64,000 nt of DNA from an uncultured Candidatus Saccharibacteria bacterium (GTDB taxonomy: Bacteria > Patescibacteriota > Minisyncoccia > Phycocordibacterales > XYD1-FULL-46-19): NCBI GenBank assembly GCA_964639285.1, contig CAZXCI010000003.1, positions 31,187 to 95,186 on the forward strand, read 5' to 3'. The translations under genes were made by a program, and so were the position numbers. Positions 1-7,741 of this stretch are shown here, piece after piece. The first letter of the stretch is position 1, and each line of letters opens with the position of its first letter. Under the pieces are notes generated by a model. It saw nothing but the letters and a program-made list of their open reading frames with translations, searched no databases and was not told where the DNA came from.

Positions 1-216
1 TATGAAAAAATTCGTTCTTTCTGGGTAGAAGAAAATAAAGAAGACCATAGCCCTACTCTTATCCTTCACTACCAACGTTTATTTGTTCCCAATATTCATA
101 TCCCCATCATTGGCCCCAGCCCTGAGGAGGTAAGAGAAACGCTCCTTAAGTTTGGCGAGGAAGAAAAGCATCAGGAAACAGCGACCGAACATATCTTTGA
201 GACGTTTGGCTTTTAG
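1..216 (+). CDS. 3' end of a CDS entering from upstream (hypothetical protein, C-terminal 71 codons; ...EEKHQETATEHIFETFGF*)
   Basis: Open frame from position 1 to TAG at 214-216; no recognisable family. The ORF-track entry 152..385 is a different frame overlapping the tRNA. Confidence 0.3.
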   Translation, partial: YEKIRSFWVEENKEDHSPTLILHYQRLFVPNIHIPIIGPSPEEVRETLLKFGEEEKHQETATEHIFETFGF

Positions 217-269
217 AAAATTTGTGATAAAGTTTCAGAGTTACCTTTTTGTCCCTAAAAGCAACCCCT

Positions 270-341
270 CCCCCTGTAGTTTAACGGATAGAACGCGAGC
301 TTGCGGAGCCCGTAATCGAGGTTCGATTCCTCGCGGGGGGA
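270..341 (+). tRNA. tRNA (72 nt), anticodon ambiguous; most likely loop TTGCGGA giving anticodon GCG (Arg), with an A-C mismatch in the anticodon stem; no encoded CCA
   Basis: Cloverleaf by eye: acceptor CCCCCTG/CGGGGGG (C1:G72), D-arm GTTT-AACGGATA-GAAC, T-arm CGAGG-TTCGATT-CCTCG, discriminator A. Confidence 0.5.
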
Positions 342-349
342 CCCAAAAC

Positions 350-378
350 AAAAATCCCCAATCGAGGGGATTTTTGTT
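350..378. terminator. Bidirectional intrinsic terminator hairpin (AAAAATCCCC-AATCGA-GGGGATTTTT) shared by the tRNA (+) and rpsT (-)
   Basis: Perfect 10-bp stem flanked by an A-tract on one side and a T-tract on the other; lies between convergent genes. Confidence 0.5.
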
Positions 379-629
379 TACTTAGAAATTTTAATTGATT
401 TGGCTAGGCGAGATTTCTTGCGAGCGGCCGTATTCTTCTTGATAATCCCCCGCTTAGCCGCTTTGTCGATAGCCTTGTAAGCTTTAGAGAGCTCGGCCTT
501 AGCTTCTGCCCCGGTCAATTTCTTAACTCCCTTAATAGCAAGTTTCATCGCCTTGGAGCGACGATCATTGTAAACTTTTTTTGTCTTCGAAGCACGAAGT
601 GCTTTTTGAGCCGATTTGATTATTGGCAT
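378..629 (-). CDS. rpsT: 30S ribosomal protein S20
   Basis: MPIIKSAQKALRASKTKKVYN... lysine/alanine-rich, S20 length and motif pattern; start taken at the second Met (MPIIKS). Confidence 0.85.
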   Translation of the reverse strand: MPIIKSAQKALRASKTKKVYNDRRSKAMKLAIKGVKKLTGAEAKAELSKAYKAIDKAAKRGIIKKNTAARKKSRLAKSIKISK

Positions 630-696
630 ACAGGGCAAGAATACAAGATTTTTACCTTAATTGCAAGCCCCTACCCCGCTAGTGTATTATAGAGAA

Positions 697-1278
697 ATGA
701 TCGGTCAACTTACAGGCAAAATCTCTCATGCTGAAGAACGCTTCTTAATCCTAGAGGTTGGGGGTGTTGGTTATAAAATTTTCACCTCAACCGAAACGCG
801 AGAGAAACTCAAGAAAAGCTCAGAGAGCACAACAATCTTTACCCATTTAGTAGTGAGAGAAGACGCCCTTGATCTTTATGGCTTCCTCGAAAAAGTCGAG
901 CAAGACTTCTTCGAATTGCTCATCGGTATCTCTGGCGTTGGACCCAAGAGTGCCCTTTCAATACTATCTCTCGCCCCCCCGGAAACCTTAAGAAAGGCAA
1001 TTTCTTCTAACAATACGAGCTACTTGACCCAAGTCTCAGGCATTGGACGCAAAATTGCCGAAAAGATTGTTCTTGAATTGCGTGACAGAATTGATGCTCT
1101 CGATAACGACGATACTAGTCTCAACCAAGAAAGCGAAGCGATCATGGCAATGGAAGCGCTTGGCTATTCCACGAGAGAAGCCCGTGAAGCTCTTCGTCAT
1201 GTCCCCGTCGAGATTACAGAGACTAGTGCCAAGATTAAAGAAGCTCTTAAAAATTTAGGTAATAAAAACCGCAAATAA
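697..1278 (+). CDS. ruvA: Holliday junction DNA helicase subunit RuvA
   Basis: MIGQLTGKISHAEERFLILEVGGVGYKIF..., helix-hairpin-helix region GISGVGPKSALSIL, C-terminal RuvB-interaction domain; start chosen at the internal Met (ORF opens at 661). Confidence 0.85.
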   Translation: MIGQLTGKISHAEERFLILEVGGVGYKIFTSTETREKLKKSSESTTIFTHLVVREDALDLYGFLEKVEQDFFELLIGISGVGPKSALSILSLAPPETLRKAISSNNTSYLTQVSGIGRKIAEKIVLELRDRIDALDNDDTSLNQESEAIMAMEALGYSTREAREALRHVPVEITETSAKIKEALKNLGNKNRK

Positions 1279-1280
1279 AT

Positions 1281-2510
1281 ATGATAGAAAAAATATTAGA
1301 TATTTTAAGAAAATTTATACCAAGAAAAGCCTTCACTTTCTTCCAACCTTTTTATCACTACGCCTTGGCCGTCGTGGGAGCGATAATTTGTCGTTTCCCT
1401 TCCCGTCAGATTAAGGTCATTGCTGTTACTGGCACCAAAGGGAAAACCAGCACGACCGAAATTTTATCTAAAATCCTCGAAACGGCCGGCCACAAAGTCG
1501 CTACCACTTCTACTCTCCAATTCAAGATTGATGGCAAAATTCGTCGTAACTTATACAAAATGAGTATGCCGGGACGAATGTTTATGCAAAAATTCTTGAG
1601 ACAAGCCGTCTCAGCCAAGTGTGATTTTGCTGTCCTCGAGATGACCTCTGAAGGATCTAGGATGTTTCGTCACAAATTTATTGATCTCGACGGCTTAATC
1701 TTCACTAATATTTCTCCCGAGCATATTGAATCTCATGGCTCTTACGAAAAATATCTAGAAGCTAAACTTTCTTATGCTCGAGCTCTAAATAATTCTGCCA
1801 AAAATAACAAAATTATTGTCGTCAATGGTGAAGATCCCGAAGCCCCTAAATTCTTAGCCCTTGCTCCCGAAGCTCGGCAAATAAAATTTGGTTTTGCTGA
1901 CAATGAAAATTATCCAGAGACAGCTCTCGTCGGCAAGTTCAATCGCTACAATATTATCGCAGCTTCCAAAATGGCAGAGGCGCTTGGTGTGAGTAAAGAG
2001 AAAATTGCTGAGGCCCTGACCAAACTCACTATAATCCCTGGCCGGATGGAGCAGATAAAATCTGGCCACCCCAAACAAGACTTCGAGGTTATCGTGGATT
2101 ATGCCCACACCGCTGACTCTCTTACTAAAGCCTATGAGGCTCTTGGCGACAAAAGAAAAATTTGTGTTCTTGGCTCTTGTGGAGGAGGCCGAGACCGCTG
2201 GAAGAGACCTCAGATGGGCACTGTCGCGAACAAATTCTGCGATCAAATAATTCTTACCAACGAAGACCCTTATGACGAGGACCCCAACCTGATTATCTCT
2301 GAAGTCGCCCAGGGAATTAAAAAACCTTTTCAGAAAATTCTTGATCGCCGAGAAGCCATCAATACCGCCATTCGCCTGGCGAGACCTGATGATGTCGTCA
2401 TCATCACCGGCAAGGGCACTGACCCCTTCCTGATGGAAGCCGGCGGCAAAAGAACTCCCTGGAGTGACCACGACGTCGCTCGTGAAGAAATTTTAAAAGT
2501 TTTAGGCTAA
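1281..2510 (+). CDS. murE: Mur ligase family protein, MurE-like (UDP-MurNAc-tripeptide synthetase); N-terminal domain reduced
   Basis: Walker-type VIAVTGTKGKTST; C-terminal GRMEQI...VIVDYAHTADSL...GSCGGGRDRWKRPQMG motif block characteristic of MurE; only 409 aa. Confidence 0.6.
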   Translation: MIEKILDILRKFIPRKAFTFFQPFYHYALAVVGAIICRFPSRQIKVIAVTGTKGKTSTTEILSKILETAGHKVATTSTLQFKIDGKIRRNLYKMSMPGRMFMQKFLRQAVSAKCDFAVLEMTSEGSRMFRHKFIDLDGLIFTNISPEHIESHGSYEKYLEAKLSYARALNNSAKNNKIIVVNGEDPEAPKFLALAPEARQIKFGFADNENYPETALVGKFNRYNIIAASKMAEALGVSKEKIAEALTKLTIIPGRMEQIKSGHPKQDFEVIVDYAHTADSLTKAYEALGDKRKICVLGSCGGGRDRWKRPQMGTVANKFCDQIILTNEDPYDEDPNLIISEVAQGIKKPFQKILDRREAINTAIRLARPDDVVIITGKGTDPFLMEAGGKRTPWSDHDVAREEILKVLG

Positions 2511-2516
2511 CCCCGA

Positions 2517-3401
2517 ATGCCCGAATTACCCGAAGTAGAAACTTTAAAACGCGAATTGTCCCGCGTTGTTGTTGGTTTGAAAATAAAAAACTGCAAAGTC
2601 CTTTGGGCTAAAACGGTAAGCCCCCTCTCTCCTAAAAAATTCGCCAAACAAACTAAGAATAAGAAAATTGTCGGGGTAAGGCGAAGGGCTAAAATGCTTT
2701 TTCTCGATCTCGAAGGTAGTCAGGCTCTGGCGGTACATCTCAAAATGACGGGGCAACTTATTTTTCTCCCCCCAAGGACAGTCCTTAGGGGCAGTTCAAG
2801 GGCTGTCCTCGGGGGTCACCCAGATGACCAAATGCTCGAGAAACAGCCTTCTAAATATACTAGACTAATTTTTGAATTTACCGATAAGTCCAAGCTCTAC
2901 TTCAACGACCTGCGCAAATTTGGTTGGATAAAGCTTGTAACAGATAAAGAAATGAGTAAGCTGACAGAAAAGGTCGGCCCTGAACCACTCTCCCCCATCT
3001 TCACACCAAACCTTCTCATTGAGATATTTAAGAAATATAAAAATAGAACAATCAAGCAAATTCTCTTAGACCAAAGTCTAATTGCCGGTATTGGTAATAT
3101 CTATGCTGATGAAGCCTGCTTCTTGTCCAAGCTAAGGCCAGATAGAAAAACCCAAACGTTGAAACCAGCCCAAATAAAAAATCTGAGAGAAAATATTATA
3201 AAAGTTCTCAAACTCTCAATTCAGAAAAAAGGTACCTCGTCGCGCAATTATCGCCGGAGCGACGGCTCACGGGGCGGCTTCGTCCCCCACCTAAATGTCT
3301 ATGGTCGAGAAAGTGAACATTGCAAAGTTTGTCACCGGACCATCCAAAAAATCCGCCATATTGGACGAGGGACCCACTTCTGTCCCCATTGCCAGAAGTA
3401 A
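2517..3401 (+). CDS. mutM: Formamidopyrimidine-DNA glycosylase (Fpg/MutM)
   Basis: N-terminal MPELPEVET catalytic Pro2/Glu3 signature, H2TH region, C-terminal zinc finger CxxC...CPHCQ. Confidence 0.85.
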   Translation: MPELPEVETLKRELSRVVVGLKIKNCKVLWAKTVSPLSPKKFAKQTKNKKIVGVRRRAKMLFLDLEGSQALAVHLKMTGQLIFLPPRTVLRGSSRAVLGGHPDDQMLEKQPSKYTRLIFEFTDKSKLYFNDLRKFGWIKLVTDKEMSKLTEKVGPEPLSPIFTPNLLIEIFKKYKNRTIKQILLDQSLIAGIGNIYADEACFLSKLRPDRKTQTLKPAQIKNLRENIIKVLKLSIQKKGTSSRNYRRSDGSRGGFVPHLNVYGRESEHCKVCHRTIQKIRHIGRGTHFCPHCQK

Positions 3402-3508
3402 TTTCCCTTGTTAAGATCAGGGCAAGCCATCGCAACTCCCTAATAGTGGAGCGGACTGCGCTGACCTGCCTATTTTGGCGGGAAACCCTGAGGGCTCCAA
3501 CTCAAATC

Positions 3509-3538
3509 AAAAAAGGCCCGCCTGCGATGGCCTTTTTT
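3509..3538. terminator. Bidirectional terminator hairpin AAAAAAGGCC-loop-GGCCTTTTTT between mutM (+) and the SpoU methyltransferase (-); the methyltransferase stop codon lies inside the 3' arm
   Basis: 10-bp perfect stem with A-tract/T-tract symmetry. Confidence 0.5.
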
Positions 3539-4019
3539 ATATACCAAGAATCCGAAACAAGGCTACACCCACAGATACAGAAACATTAAGTGACTCCTTC
3601 TCCCCCCTCATAGGGATCTCAGCAATTGTGTCACACTTTTTAAGAATATTTTTTGCTAAACCATCAACTTCATTACCAAAAATAAAAGCAGTTTTGCTCT
3701 TAGCCTGAACTTTTTTATAATCAACAGAATTGTCCGCTTGCTCAATTGCAATTAAATAAAAACCCTCTTTTTTTAACTTGATTAATAATTTCGAAATATC
3801 TTCAACTTTTTCCCAAACAATATTTTTCTCAGCCCCGAGGGCCGTCTTCTCGATCTCCTTATTAATTCTCCCAAACTTATCAATCGGCGCCGGTGTGTAC
3901 CCCGTTAGATAAATCTTATTTACCCCACAAGCATCCGCTGTACGGAAAATCGAACCCACATTAAGAGCGCTCCGAATATCCGGGAGAATAACGAAAACTT
4001 TTTTCTTCTTCTTTTCCAT
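3537..4019 (-). CDS. SpoU/TrmH-family RNA 2'-O-methyltransferase (TrmL-like, 160 aa)
   Basis: ALNVGSIFRTADACGV and FGNEVDGL motifs of the SPOUT fold; size typical of TrmL. Confidence 0.7.
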   Translation of the reverse strand: MEKKKKKVFVILPDIRSALNVGSIFRTADACGVNKIYLTGYTPAPIDKFGRINKEIEKTALGAEKNIVWEKVEDISKLLIKLKKEGFYLIAIEQADNSVDYKKVQAKSKTAFIFGNEVDGLAKNILKKCDTIAEIPMRGEKESLNVSVSVGVALFRILGI

Positions 4020-4039
4020 ACTTTACTACTCTACTACTT

Positions 4040-4453
4040 TTGTTACTTTTTTGTTACAATACCAGCATGTTAAGTTTATTGCCAGGCCTCCTAGATTTCT
4101 CCTCCTTCGCCCCTATTCTTTTGAGACTCGCCCTTGGTGGGACCTTCCTTGGTTATGGCCTAAGTGAATTGATTAAACCCAGATATCTACCAACCGGAGT
4201 TGGCATTTCCCCAAAACTTGCTCGCCTTATTGGACTCTGGGAATCACTTCTGGGATCTCTCCTTATTATTGGCCTCTTCACTCAAATTGTGGCCCTCTTA
4301 ATGGGGCTTGAACTCTTGGGCTACCTATTCCTCCGTCTGAAGGACAAAACCAAAATGCCCCTCCCAATCGACCACCTCCTCGTCATGTTGGCAATTGCCG
4401 TCTCCCTCATGCTTCTCGGTCCGGGCCTAATTGCTTTCGATTTGCCTCTCTAG
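4040..4453 (+). CDS. Small polytopic membrane protein (DoxX-like), hypothetical
   Basis: Four predicted hydrophobic helices; LALGGTFLGYGL motif reminiscent of DoxX; start may be the downstream Met at about 4067. Confidence 0.4.
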   Translation: MLLFCYNTSMLSLLPGLLDFSSFAPILLRLALGGTFLGYGLSELIKPRYLPTGVGISPKLARLIGLWESLLGSLLIIGLFTQIVALLMGLELLGYLFLRLKDKTKMPLPIDHLLVMLAIAVSLMLLGPGLIAFDLPL

Positions 4454-4475
4454 TTTTATGGGCCTTAATTTGGAG

Positions 4476-4503
4476 TTGAAAATACTAGAATTTCTGGTAT
4501 TAT
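4476..4503 (+). promoter_or_regulatory. Sigma70-like promoter for tRNA-Lys (TTGAAA - 16 nt - TATTAT)
   Basis: Consensus-like -35/-10 hexamers about 20 nt upstream of the tRNA 5' end. Confidence 0.35.
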
Positions 4504-4524
4504 TTTTTTGTTAGCTAATAATAT

Positions 4525-4597
4525 CCGCCCATAGCTCAGTTGGTAGAGCAGCTCCCTTTTAAGGAGACGGTCCAAGGTTCGAATCCTTGTGGGCGGA
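4525..4597 (+). tRNA. tRNA-Lys (anticodon TTT), no encoded CCA
   Basis: Acceptor CCGCCCA/TGGGCGG, D-arm GCTC-AGTTGGTAG-AGC, anticodon loop CTTTTAA, T-arm CAAGG-TTCGAAT-CCTTG. Confidence 0.8.
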
Positions 4598-4599
4598 CA

Positions 4600-5334
4600 C
4601 TAAACACTCAGCAATATCTTCTCCAAACCAAACTCAAATTCGTCGGTGCCGAGATAAGTCATGTGGTAGAGATCAAGAAAGCTAGCGGAGAGTCTTTTAA
4701 GTTCTTCATTAGAGAAAGTTTTGGCTGCCGCTTTAGCCTTAGCTAGCGGATAGGGCTTCAACTTAAGCTTATTGGAATCTTTGGTATTCTTAACTAAGAG
4801 CAAATTATTAGTTGACCAAATCAACTTCCACAATATTTCTTCAGCTGAGATCCCATGAATTAAGGCTTCTTGATAGAGAACCCAAGCTCGATTCTTGTTC
4901 TTCGCGGCAAAAGCGTCGGTAATAGAGAAAATATTAAAGGCCCCATGCTTAGATAACTCTCCTGCTTTCTTCTCAAATTTCTGAGCCTTGCTAGCCAACT
5001 TCTCAAGTTCAGCCAAAACCTTCGCGTCCGTGTTATTCTCCAAGAGGAGAAAGACGTTATCTGATCGAACCATGAGAGAAAGTCGGCCCCTAGCCTTTCT
5101 CAAGATCTCCTCATTGCCTTTGGTACTCGAAAATAAATTATCACAACCAACAATAAATTTTTGATAAAAGAGACCCTGGCCCTTTGTTAACTCCTCAAGC
5201 GTCTGACTGGCAAAATTCTCACTCGTTAATTTGAAGAGGCTAGCTTCAGGATTCTTGGCCAACAACGAACTACTAAGCGCCCGATATTTATCACGACTTC
5301 TTAACTCATCATTACCATAAATTAAAATTATCAT
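4600..5334 (-). CDS. holA: DNA polymerase III delta subunit (HolA)-like, short form
   Basis: N-terminal LIYGNDELRSRDKY (compare LLLGNDPLL of HolA) and C-terminal FNIFSITDAFAAKNKNRAWVLYQEAL...ILWKL block matching the delta C-terminal domain pattern. Confidence 0.5.
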   Translation of the reverse strand: MIILIYGNDELRSRDKYRALSSSLLAKNPEASLFKLTSENFASQTLEELTKGQGLFYQKFIVGCDNLFSSTKGNEEILRKARGRLSLMVRSDNVFLLLENNTDAKVLAELEKLASKAQKFEKKAGELSKHGAFNIFSITDAFAAKNKNRAWVLYQEALIHGISAEEILWKLIWSTNNLLLVKNTKDSNKLKLKPYPLAKAKAAAKTFSNEELKRLSASFLDLYHMTYLGTDEFEFGLEKILLSV

Positions 5335-5340
5335 AAAAAA

Positions 5341-6132
5341 TTAAATCTCAAGAACGATCCCGACTGGGCAATGGTCTGAGCCGAGGACAGTATCGACGAT
5401 AAAAGCTTCCTTAAGAGACTTCTTCAATTTAGCACTTATGAGAAAATAATCTATCCGCCAACCAATATTACGCGCTCGCGCCGCGAGCCGATAGCTCCAC
5501 CACGAATATTGTACCTTGTCGCCATTAATCAATCTAAAAGTGTCAATTAAACCATGATCAACAAAGCGCTCAAACCAAGACCGCTCCTCTTTGGTAAAGC
5601 CGGCATTCCCGACATTATCTTTGGGCCGAGCCAGGTCAATCTCTTGATGAGCCACGTTGAAGTCGCCACAAGTGACCACCGGTTTTTTCTCCTCCAATTT
5701 CTTAATATAGTTTAACCAATTTTTATTAAATTCTTCTTTGAACCCGAGTCGCGATAATTCGTGATTGGCGTTAGGGAAATAAGTATTAACAAAATAGAAT
5801 TTCTCAAATTCTAGGGTAATCACTCGCCCCTCGTCATCCCCCTCTCCTTGTTTTTTTGAACTCGGCACATTAAATCCCCTGCTTATAGTGCTGGGTTCTA
5901 TTTTTGATAAGACAGCTGTCCCACTATAGCCTGGCCTATTGGCCGAGTGCCAATATTCGTTGTAACCGGCAAAATCAAAAGTCTCCTTGGCCCGAGCCTC
6001 ATCATTGATCTTGATCTCTTGCAAGCCCACAATATCGGGCCTCTCCTCTTTGAGCCACTCGACAAAACCATTCTTCACACAAGCGCGAATCCCATTAACG
6101 TTCCAAGAATAAATTTTAAGTTTTTGCAACAT
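5341..6132 (-). CDS. xth: Exodeoxyribonuclease III / AP endonuclease (Xth family)
   Basis: MLQKLKIYSWNVNGIRA N-terminus, GLQEIK, catalytic motifs through ...SDHCPV at the C-terminus; alternative upstream start at 6153. Confidence 0.8.
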   Translation of the reverse strand: MLQKLKIYSWNVNGIRACVKNGFVEWLKEERPDIVGLQEIKINDEARAKETFDFAGYNEYWHSANRPGYSGTAVLSKIEPSTISRGFNVPSSKKQGEGDDEGRVITLEFEKFYFVNTYFPNANHELSRLGFKEEFNKNWLNYIKKLEEKKPVVTCGDFNVAHQEIDLARPKDNVGNAGFTKEERSWFERFVDHGLIDTFRLINGDKVQYSWWSYRLAARARNIGWRIDYFLISAKLKKSLKEAFIVDTVLGSDHCPVGIVLEI

Positions 6133-6227
6133 AGCTGTTTTATAGACATTCAACCTTATTACAACACATTTGCCCCCAAGACCAAGGACGATCCTTCTAC
6201 TAATTCTACTATCATACTTCTTGTTAA

Positions 6228-6836
6228 TTATTTAAATTTTTCTAAAACTTTAAAATCTTTCTTCAGGGTCTTAATCAGATTCTGATTATAAATCGCGGCG
6301 GCGGGGTGGTAGAGCGGGACTATAGATATCTTACCATATGGCGCTTCTGTCTCGAAAACTTGACCATGAAGCCCACTGATTGATCGACTGGCCTCACTTA
6401 GGCCAAATTTTTCTAAAATATATTTGGTTGAATAACGACCAAGAGTTGCTATTACTTGGGGCTGAATAAGGTTAATTTGACGATCTAAGAAAGGACCATA
6501 AATCCTGATCTCTTCAAGTGAGGGGTCACGATTATTCTCCGGCCGATCTTTTACTATGTTGGTGATATAGACTTCTTCCCTTTTTATCCCCACTCCAACT
6601 AAAAGGTTATCGAGAATTTTGCCGGCCGAACCACAAAAGGGGCGCCCCGCCTTGGCCTCGTTGCGACCAGGAGCTTCACCAATTAGCATAATTGAAGCCA
6701 AATGACTCCCCTCGCCAATCACAGGGAAATACTTATTTTCTGTGCGATAAGAAAAAAGGGGCGAGTCGCTTAAAGCCAAGACCTCGTCCCTGATTTTCTT
6801 AAGTTCTAAATCCCGATGATTAAGATCCTTCACCAT
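6228..6836 (-). CDS. Uracil-DNA glycosylase, family 4
   Basis: GEAPGRNEAKAGRPFCGSAGKILDNLL motif and C-terminal HPAAAIYN block typical of family-4 UDG; start set at the internal Met to limit overlap with mgtC. Confidence 0.75.
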   Translation of the reverse strand: MVKDLNHRDLELKKIRDEVLALSDSPLFSYRTENKYFPVIGEGSHLASIMLIGEAPGRNEAKAGRPFCGSAGKILDNLLVGVGIKREEVYITNIVKDRPENNRDPSLEEIRIYGPFLDRQINLIQPQVIATLGRYSTKYILEKFGLSEASRSISGLHGQVFETEAPYGKISIVPLYHPAAAIYNQNLIKTLKKDFKVLEKFK

Positions 6837-7323
6837 TGGCTTCCTTAATTGTCTTCTCTCTTCCCAAGGTCTTGGCAAGATCACGCTGAACATAGTCACG
6901 TTCAATTATCCAGAGAATAGTAAAGATGGAAATCGACAAGCCGGTCGCAAATAAAGCTAAAGTGTAGAGACCAAAACCGCAAGCCATCCCAATCCCAGCC
7001 GAAACCCAAAGGCCAGCGGCCGTGGTAACCCCCGTTAAGTGTCCGCCCCTTAAGATAACGAGTCCTGCTCCGATGAAACCAATTCCGGTAACAACCTGAG
7101 CGGCCAAACGTAAAGGATCATAATTTACCCCCACTACTCCTGCGTCAAGAATAACCAGACGAGAAATATCGACAAAAAGGGCCGAACCCATGCTAACAAG
7201 AGCATAAGTTCTCATGCCAGCCATCTTGCCTGACAAATTACGCTCTACTCCCAAAAGAGCACCAAAAAAAAGAGCGGCCAACAAACCAATAAAAATATCC
7301 GGATAACTGATGATAGTAAGCAT
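6820..7323 (-). CDS. MgtC/SapB family membrane protein
   Basis: LLGVERNLSGKMAGMRTYALVSMGSALF signature of the MgtC family; polytopic. Confidence 0.7.
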   Translation of the reverse strand: MLTIISYPDIFIGLLAALFFGALLGVERNLSGKMAGMRTYALVSMGSALFVDISRLVILDAGVVGVNYDPLRLAAQVVTGIGFIGAGLVILRGGHLTGVTTAAGLWVSAGIGMACGFGLYTLALFATGLSISIFTILWIIERDYVQRDLAKTLGREKTIKEANGEGS

Positions 7324-7357
7324 ATTCCTAAATTATAAACTTCTTTAAAGAAATAAT

Positions 7358-7390
7358 AAAGGCCTCAACATTAAGCTGAGGCCTTTATTT
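7358..7390 (-). terminator. Intrinsic terminator hairpin (AAAGGCCTCA...TGAGGCCTTT) downstream of the 68-aa membrane protein gene
   Basis: 10-bp stem followed, on the minus strand, by a U-rich tract. Confidence 0.45.
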
Positions 7391-7406
7391 TGAATTAAGT
7401 GCAAAC

Positions 7407-7613
7407 TTATTCAGCAACAGGAGCTTCTACGGTAGGAACCTCATCAACGGCAGGAGCAGCCTCGACATTGACATCAACGACATCAACCGGAGCTGGTTCA
7501 GTGGTAACAGCTTCCTCACCAGGGACAACAGGAGCTGGGCTCTTCATCTTGAACCATACAACACCAACAATAATGAGGATGATGATAATGGCTACGATAA
7601 CGTAATTCTTCAT
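7407..7613 (-). CDS. Small membrane-anchored protein (N-terminal TM helix, Pro/Val/Glu/Ala-rich tail), hypothetical
   Basis: Clean ORF with its own terminator; hydrophobic N-terminus IVAIIIILIIVGVVWF. Confidence 0.35.
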   Translation of the reverse strand: MKNYVIVAIIIILIIVGVVWFKMKSPAPVVPGEEAVTTEPAPVDVVDVNVEAAPAVDEVPTVEAPVAE

Positions 7614-7741
7614 CTTGAAAATTCAAAAAAGGTTAATAAACGACCTTTATTTTTGGTTTGCAATTTCTCTTGCTCTTTAAGCATAACGGTTAAGACCCTA
7701 AAAATCAAGCTTCCGCCTTTGTGGATAAAGTGGCTTAATTT

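Noticed and set aside
152-385. 77-aa plus-strand ORF (MARKKSIRKQ...)
   Set aside because: Different frame from the real upstream CDS (1-216) and it runs straight through the tRNA at 270-341 and the terminator hairpin; artefact of ORF calling.
1043-1258. 71-aa ORF inside ruvA in another frame
   Set aside because: Fully nested in the well-supported ruvA frame; no independent signals.
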